Assembly (NCBI GenBank): GCA_964507815.1
Contig: CAZDRT010000001.1
Location: 1 to 41,602 of the forward strand
Length of the DNA stretch: 41,602 nucleotides
Source: an uncultured Puniceicoccaceae bacterium
Lineage (GTDB): Bacteria > Verrucomicrobiota > Verrucomicrobiia > Opitutales > Puniceicoccaceae
Reading direction: 5' to 3'
This document shows positions 36,742 to 41,602 of this stretch, in pieces. Below the pieces are notes generated by a model, which worked only from the letters and a program-made list of their open reading frames with translations, searched no databases and had not been told where the DNA came from. Position 1 is the stretch's first letter. Each line of letters starts with the position of its first letter. A program made the translations under genes and the position numbers.

Positions 36742-37605
36742 GTGGAATTTTTCCTCCAGCCCCTCTCCTTCGAGTTTTTCCAGCGGGCCGTCTGGACCGC
36801 CGCCCTCGTCGGATTCACCAACGGTTTCCTGAGCGGTTTCGTCGTGCTGCGGCGGTCGGCGCTGATGGTCGGATCCCTCTCGCACACCCTCCTGCCCGGG
36901 ATCGCCGTGGCCATTCTCCTGACCGGACTGACTGCCGGGACCGCTTTTGTCGGTGCCCTTGTCTCGGCTCTCCTCGTCGGTCTGGCGGCTCTTTTCGTGG
37001 CCCGGACCTCCCGGATCGACAGCCATTCCGCGCTGGCGGTCCTCTACACCACCGCCTTCGCCGGAGGGCTCCTGATCCTCGACCTGATCCCCACTCCGAC
37101 CGAGCTGGAGCACTGGCTTTTCGGCAATATTCTCGCGCTGTCCGACGCCGACCTGTGGATGTCGTTCGCGGCGGCATCCCTGATTCTCCTTGTGCTGATC
37201 GCCCTGGGCCGCCCCCTTCTCCTCTTTCTTTTCGAACCCACCATCGCCCGGAGCCAGGGCGTTCCCACCCGCGGGCTCGGCTACCTGCTCACGGGCATGG
37301 TCATTCTCGGCCTGGTGGTCTCGATCCAGGCGGTGGGCTGCATCCTCTCGGTGGCGATGCTGGTCGCCCCGGCGGCGGCCATGCTGCAGTTCGCCCGGAG
37401 TCCCCATGCGCTCGTCTGGGGCGGCGCCATTTTGGGCGGGACCGTGCCCGTGGCCGCCGTTTTCCTCTCCTTCTGGCTCGACCTTCGGGCCGGGGCGGTC
37501 ATCGTGCTTTCCCTCGGGGCCGTCGTCCTCCTGGCCTACCTGTTCGGAGCCAGGCACGGCATTCTCCGTGTTCTCCTCCGCCGCCCACCGACCCGCCACG
37601 CCTGA
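36742..37605 (+). CDS. Mn/Zn/Fe ABC transporter permease (ZnuB/MntB family)
   Basis: FVVLRR.AL...LSH..LPG, LFGNILA, FEP..A...G and VG.IL..A.LV.PAA. Confidence 0.92.
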   Translation: MEFFLQPLSFEFFQRAVWTAALVGFTNGFLSGFVVLRRSALMVGSLSHTLLPGIAVAILLTGLTAGTAFVGALVSALLVGLAALFVARTSRIDSHSALAVLYTTAFAGGLLILDLIPTPTELEHWLFGNILALSDADLWMSFAAASLILLVLIALGRPLLLFLFEPTIARSQGVPTRGLGYLLTGMVILGLVVSIQAVGCILSVAMLVAPAAAMLQFARSPHALVWGGAILGGTVPVAAVFLSFWLDLRAGAVIVLSLGAVVLLAYLFGARHGILRVLLRRPPTRHA

Positions 37606-37615
37606 ACCGATTCCC

Positions 37616-38185
37616 ATGGGACGCAACTCCGTCAAAAAACTCCGCAAGCCCCCGCGCCACGCCAAGAAAGGCGCGGCAGCCGTCCGCCTTCTCGACGAGA
37701 GCGACCTGCTCGACCTGCTCGGGGAAACCGACGATCCATTCCTCCTCGTACTCGAGGGCGTGCAGGATCCACACAACCTCGGTGCCTGCCTGCGCACGGC
37801 CTCGGGCGCGGGGGTGACGGCGGTGGTGGCCCCGACGAAGGGATCCTGCGGAATCACCGACACCGTCCGGGACATCTCCTGTGGCGGGACCGAGGACGTG
37901 CCCTTTCTCCAGGTGCGGAACCTGGCCCAGACTCTCCGCAAGTTCCAGGAGATGGGAATCCGCCTGGTCGCCACGGCCGACGAGGCGGACGAAAGCCTCT
38001 ACGACGTGGATCTAACCGGTCCACTCGCCATCATCCTCGGCAGCGAGGGATGGGGGGTGCGCAAGAAAACCGCGGACAACAGCGACCACCGCGTCCGCAT
38101 CCCCATGCACGGGTCCGTCGATTGCCTGAACGTCTCCGTCTCGACCGGTGTCTGCCTCTACGAAGCCGTCCGGCAGCGGCTGTAG
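37616..38185 (+). CDS. rlmB: SpoU/TrmH-family RNA 2'-O-methyltransferase (RlmB-like, catalytic domain only)
   Basis: LEGVQDPHNLGACLRTA, LGSEG.G and IPM.G.VDCLNVSV; only 189 aa. Confidence 0.75.
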   Translation: MGRNSVKKLRKPPRHAKKGAAAVRLLDESDLLDLLGETDDPFLLVLEGVQDPHNLGACLRTASGAGVTAVVAPTKGSCGITDTVRDISCGGTEDVPFLQVRNLAQTLRKFQEMGIRLVATADEADESLYDVDLTGPLAIILGSEGWGVRKKTADNSDHRVRIPMHGSVDCLNVSVSTGVCLYEAVRQRL

Positions 38186-38200
38186 CGGACGGGCGGACCG

Positions 38201-38863
38201 CTAAAGATCCGGTCGCCGTTCCGCCGTCCGGCGGCGGCGTTGTTCCCTCCGCCAACCCTCGATCCGGGCATGATCGCCGGACAGCAGGACTTCGGGGACT
38301 TTCCGACCGCGGAATTCAGCCGGTCGTGTGTATTGCGGCAGTCCGAGCAGTCCGCCCGCGAAACTGTCCTGTTCGAGGGACAGCGCCTCCCCGAGCACGC
38401 CCGGAATCTGCCGGGAGACCGCATCGAGCAGAACGGCGGCGGGCAGGGTGCCGTTGGTCAGAACGTAGTCGCCGATGCTGATTTCCCGATCAACGAGAGC
38501 CTCCCGCACCCGCTCGTCGATTCCCTCGTAGTGGCCGCTCACCAGTAGCAGATGGGGCAGCCGGGCCAGCTCGCAAACCAGATCATGGTCGAGGCGCTCG
38601 CCGTCCGGTGCCAGATAGACGACCGTCGTCTCCTCTCTCCGGAGGGCCTCGACGGCCGCGAAAAGCGGCTCGGGCTTCATGACCATGCCGGCCCCGCCGC
38701 CGAACGGCCGGTCGTCGGTGATCCGGTGCTTGTCCGTCGCCCAGTCCCGCACGTTGTGGACCTGGGCCTCGACGAGACCCCGCGCGACGGCCTTCCCGAT
38801 CATGCTCTCGGCGAGAAACCCGTCGAGCATGGAGGGAAACAGGGTCAGGATGTCGAATCGCAT
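38201..38863 (-). CDS. trmD: tRNA (guanine37-N1)-methyltransferase
   Basis: [44 protein letters not shown] and VP.VLLSGDH. Confidence 0.98.
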   Translation of the reverse strand: MRFDILTLFPSMLDGFLAESMIGKAVARGLVEAQVHNVRDWATDKHRITDDRPFGGGAGMVMKPEPLFAAVEALRREETTVVYLAPDGERLDHDLVCELARLPHLLLVSGHYEGIDERVREALVDREISIGDYVLTNGTLPAAVLLDAVSRQIPGVLGEALSLEQDSFAGGLLGLPQYTRPAEFRGRKVPEVLLSGDHARIEGWRREQRRRRTAERRPDL

Positions 38864-38868
38864 GAGGG

Positions 38869-39525
38869 TCAGGCCATCTCCAGCACCTTGGCCACCAATC
38901 GGTCGATCCCCTTCTTCACGTCGGTCATCCGGGGCCCCAGCATGTAGGCGGGGGTGCTGACGATCCGGTTGCCCTCATCGACAACGATATCGTCCACGGT
39001 GCATTCGACCGGGTCGGCCCCCATCGCCCGGAGGGCGGTGCCGGTAGCCGCGTCGTTGCCCACCGTCAACCGGACGCCCTCGGCGCCGAAGACCGCCGCG
39101 CCGATCGCGGGGGAGATACAGATCAGGCCGATCGGTTTGCCGGCGGCGCGAAAGCCCCGGAGAAAAGCGGAGACACCCGGATCGACCGAGCAGTCCGCGC
39201 CCTTCGAGGCGAAATCGGACAGATTCTTCGCCGCCCCGAACCCGCCGGGCAGGATCAACGCGTCGAAATCACCGGGCGAGAGATCGGCCAGGTCGCTGAT
39301 CGCACCCCGGGCCAGACGGGCCGATTCCGAGAGGACCGAGCGCGACTCCCCCCCGGCCGCTTCGCCGCTCCGGTGGTCGATCACGTCGGCCTGGGGAATG
39401 TCGGGGGCGCAACAGGTCACCCCGGCCCCCGCCGCATCCAGCGCGAGCAGGGTGAAGGTGGATTCGTAGATTTCGCTGCCGTCGTAAACACCGCAGCCGG
39501 AGAGAAGAACCGCCACTTTTTTCAT
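38869..39525 (-). CDS. elbB: ElbB / ES1 glyoxalase (DJ-1 family)
   Basis: [36 protein letters not shown] and STPAYM. Confidence 0.96.
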   Translation of the reverse strand: MKKVAVLLSGCGVYDGSEIYESTFTLLALDAAGAGVTCCAPDIPQADVIDHRSGEAAGGESRSVLSESARLARGAISDLADLSPGDFDALILPGGFGAAKNLSDFASKGADCSVDPGVSAFLRGFRAAGKPIGLICISPAIGAAVFGAEGVRLTVGNDAATGTALRAMGADPVECTVDDIVVDEGNRIVSTPAYMLGPRMTDVKKGIDRLVAKVLEMA

Positions 39526-39584
39526 GGGATTCGTTTAACATGATCGCCCGTCGGGCGCAAGGTCGCTTCAGTATTCACCGGATT

Positions 39585-40145
39585 TCATCCCATGTGGTTC
39601 AACCGGTCGGTCGGGATGTTTGCTCTTTTTCTGTGACCGTCCAGCTTTTCGAGCTTCGGACGGATGACGAACAGGCAGTAGGGGGCCGAAGGGTTGTTCC
39701 GGAAGTAGCCCTGGTGGTAGGCCTCGGCCTCGTGGAACCGGTCCAGGGGCGCGATCTCCGTGACGATGGGATCGCGTAACCGGGCCGCCGCCTGCTTGCG
39801 GGAGTTTGCGGCGATCTCCCGCTGCGCGTCGTCCGCGTAGAGAATCACTGATCGGTACTGGCTGCCGACATCCGCTCCCTGGCGGTCGGGGGTCGTCGGG
39901 TCGTGGCATTGCCAGAACTTTTCCAACAGATTCCCGGGGGATACGACTTCCGGGTCGAATTCCACCTTCACGACCTCCGCGTGCCCGGTCGTCCCGGAGC
40001 AGACGGACTCGTAAGTCGGATTCGGCGATTCCCCGCCGGCGTAGCCGGACACAACCCGCCGCACCCCGGGAATGGTTTCAAACACGGCTTCGAGACACCA
40101 GAAGCACCCGCCGCCCAGGACAATTGAGGCATTTTTTTCGGACAT
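39585..40145 (-). CDS. msrA: Peptide methionine sulfoxide reductase A
   Basis: GGGCFWC, VCSG.TGHAE, HDPT...RQG.D.G.QYRS and AE.YHQ.Y. ATG 40145 chosen because the upstream extension is repeat DNA. Confidence 0.97.
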   Translation of the reverse strand: MSEKNASIVLGGGCFWCLEAVFETIPGVRRVVSGYAGGESPNPTYESVCSGTTGHAEVVKVEFDPEVVSPGNLLEKFWQCHDPTTPDRQGADVGSQYRSVILYADDAQREIAANSRKQAAARLRDPIVTEIAPLDRFHEAEAYHQGYFRNNPSAPYCLFVIRPKLEKLDGHRKRANIPTDRLNHMG

Positions 40146-40204
40146 GGGAGAAAGGGTCTCCTGAAAAGGACGTTTTGCAAGCGGGGCGGCGTTCTCCCGG
40201 CAAC

Positions 40205-40405
40205 GGGTGTAACCACAAGCGCGTGGAGGGAAATTGAAAGGCGCGGAATAGATTCGGCGGCGCGGGAATCTTTCGGAAGTGCATTGGATCTTTTCCGACG
40301 TATCGCGGCGGCTGAGGACAGCCGCCCTCCCGCCGTAGTTCGTCGGCTCATGCACAATTATCCGATCAATTTCGGTATTCCCTCCACGCACTTGTGGTCA
40401 CACCC
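40205..40405 (+). mobile_element. 201-bp MITE-like element with 28-bp terminal inverted repeats
   Basis: GGGTGTAACCACAAGCGCGTGGAGGGAA versus the reverse complement of 40378-40405 (26/28). The interior corresponds to the right half of 33817-34201 with one intact REP (40306-40331). Confidence 0.92.
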
Positions 40406-40463
40406 CCAACTGCAGGGGCATTTGACCTTGCGGCTCGGGTGATCGTGCTCTAGTGAAGCATTC

Positions 40464-40799
40464 GTGGCGGAATACGGGGAATGGAATCAGAAAGGGGCGA
40501 CCCTTAGCGACGCAACTGCGAAGAAAGAGTACGGAGTGGATCGGGACTTCATTGTGAAGGGCATTCAACTCGGCAAACTCGAATACCGTCAGGGGGCGAT
40601 GTGGGGAAATCCTTACATCAGAATATTAAGGAGCCAGCTTGAGTCGTTCATCGCTGAAGAACTGGGCTCGGATTGCTTATCGAACTCCAAGAATCAGACA
40701 GAGCTTCGCAAGATCAAGAAGGAGATTGCCGTTTTGAAGAAGAGATTGACTGAGCTACAGATTCGAAAGTCAGAACTCGAGAAGACCAGCCCAAGCTAG
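40464..40799 (+). CDS. Hypothetical protein: small globular domain plus basic coiled coil
   Basis: 111-aa ORF with AT-rich codon use and heptad tail ELRKIKKEIAVLKKRLTELQIRKSELE. Confidence 0.75.
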   Translation: MAEYGEWNQKGATLSDATAKKEYGVDRDFIVKGIQLGKLEYRQGAMWGNPYIRILRSQLESFIAEELGSDCLSNSKNQTELRKIKKEIAVLKKRLTELQIRKSELEKTSPS

Positions 40800-40896
40800 T
40801 CTCTACCTTCGCTCAGCGAACTGGGCCGCGCCAAGAGGCTGAAAACCTCCTGTTCGCCGATTCTCCTCCATCCAATAGCCAATTCCACCCGACCCC

Positions 40897-40920
40897 GCGG
40901 GACAGGAGTGTCCCACCTCC
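40897..40920 (-). repeat. Family-F REP
   Basis: Reverse complement GGAGGTGGGACACTCCTGTCCCGC; second copy at 24970-24993. Confidence 0.7.
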
Positions 40921-40974
40921 TTATTGGTGGCACTTCCCTGTTGGTGGCAGACTGCCCACCGATTTGCGAGATTC

Positions 40975-41291
40975 GAAAATCGCACGATTTCATCGATTTT
41001 GGAATGGGATCCTATTTCTCGGCTGAGGGAGGGCGGCTGCCGTGCCACGGCGGAGCAAGATCTCCAGTCGGTTGCTGTCAGCGGGATTTGACTGGGGGGC
41101 GGCCACAGAACAATACGAAGTTTTGCGAAGACGGGTCCTCAGCCGCCGCATTGCGGGTAAGAGATTGGAAAGGCACGGAATAAATTCGGCGGCGCGGGAA
41201 TCTTCCGGAAGTGCATCGGATCTTTTCCGACGTATCGCGCGGCGGCTGAGGACAGCCGCCCTCCCGCCGCCACCCACTTGTGGTTACCTCC
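40975..41291 (+). mobile_element. Copy of the composite MITE-like element without a clear left end
   Basis: Matches 33840-34130; split REP at 41027-41039 and 41136-41148; intact REP at 41240-41265; right end CACTTGTGGTTACCTCC. Confidence 0.85.
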
Positions 41292-41303
41292 CATGTCTCC
41301 CCC

Positions 41304-41405
41304 GTGGTCGCGGGGCTTGCCCCTCGATCCGAAGGTGGCAGGGGCCGCGGAAACCGCCGTACCGGATCGAACGACCACGTAGTTGGATGACTTCAGTCGT
41401 CCAAC
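41304..41405. repeat. Two further REP-like palindromes (GTGG- and GTAG-headed)
   Basis: GTGGTCGCGGGGCTTGCCCCTCGA ... CGACCAC (41304-41378) and GTAGTTGGATGACTTCAGTCGTCCAAC (41379-41405). Each is single-copy here. Confidence 0.6.
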
Positions 41406-41453
41406 CCGAAGCGGCCTGGCGGAAAAGACATTCCCTTGGGTCGGGAGACCACT

Positions 41454-41602
41454 GGAAAATCGGAAAGCATCGCGATTTTGAAATGGGAGGTTATTCCATC
41501 GGTTGAGGGAGGGCGGCTGCCGTGCCACGGCGAAGCATTGTCTCCAGTGGACTGCTTTCAGCGGGCTGAGACTGCGTAATTGGGCGGCCAAAGTGGGTGG
41601 GT
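41454..41602 (+). repeat. Partial, diverged copy of the composite element (runs to the window edge)
   Basis: CATCGCGATTTTGAAATGGG..ATTCCATCGGTTGAGGGAGGGCGGCTGCCGTGCCACGGCG matches 33854-33918. Confidence 0.85.

Noticed and set aside
40205-40405. Assignment of the termini to IS66 (GTAA start) or Tn3 (GGGG start)
   Set aside because: The expected 8-bp or exact 5-bp target duplications are absent and no cognate transposase is in the window, so the family is left unassigned.

Overview
GC-rich bacterial chromosomal window. Gene content and style suggest Verrucomicrobiota/Opitutales, but this is inference only. From left to right: (1) a surface-glycan locus at 284-11561 (GbsR/MarR-type regulator, wzm, wzt with C-terminal extension, sulfotransferase-like protein, SAM methyltransferase, a ~1284-aa sulfotransferase-like/coiled-coil/GT4/GT2 fusion, and a YfhO-like membrane protein); (2) a MASE1 hybrid kinase, fabV and an internally deleted HAD hydrolase; (3) a visibly more AT-rich ~9 kb accessory segment at 15405-24453, bracketed by an inverted ~23-bp motif. 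It holds a SleB-like secreted protein with a partner gene, a REP-associated tyrosine transposase (RAYT) with its REPs, a decayed phd/vapC toxin-antitoxin pair, several gene fragments, an MFS transporter and a membrane-anchored P-loop NTPase; (4) DUF2721, moxR-DUF58-transglutaminase, an aromatic-repeat protein with mlaE/F/D-like genes, eno, a GT-like gene, a metal ABC permease, a short rlmB-like gene, trmD, elbB and msrA; (5) a repeat-dense end. The most unusual signal is non-coding. One terminal inverted repeat (consensus about GGGTGTAACCACAAGTGCGTGGAG) bounds 201-bp and 385-bp MITE-like elements and apparently also the 9 kb cargo segment. These elements contain nested REP-type palindromes, and about eight REP-like families occur in the window, one inside a coding sequence. 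I saw no rRNA, tRNA or CRISPR array. All family calls come from motif recognition by eye, with no database searches.
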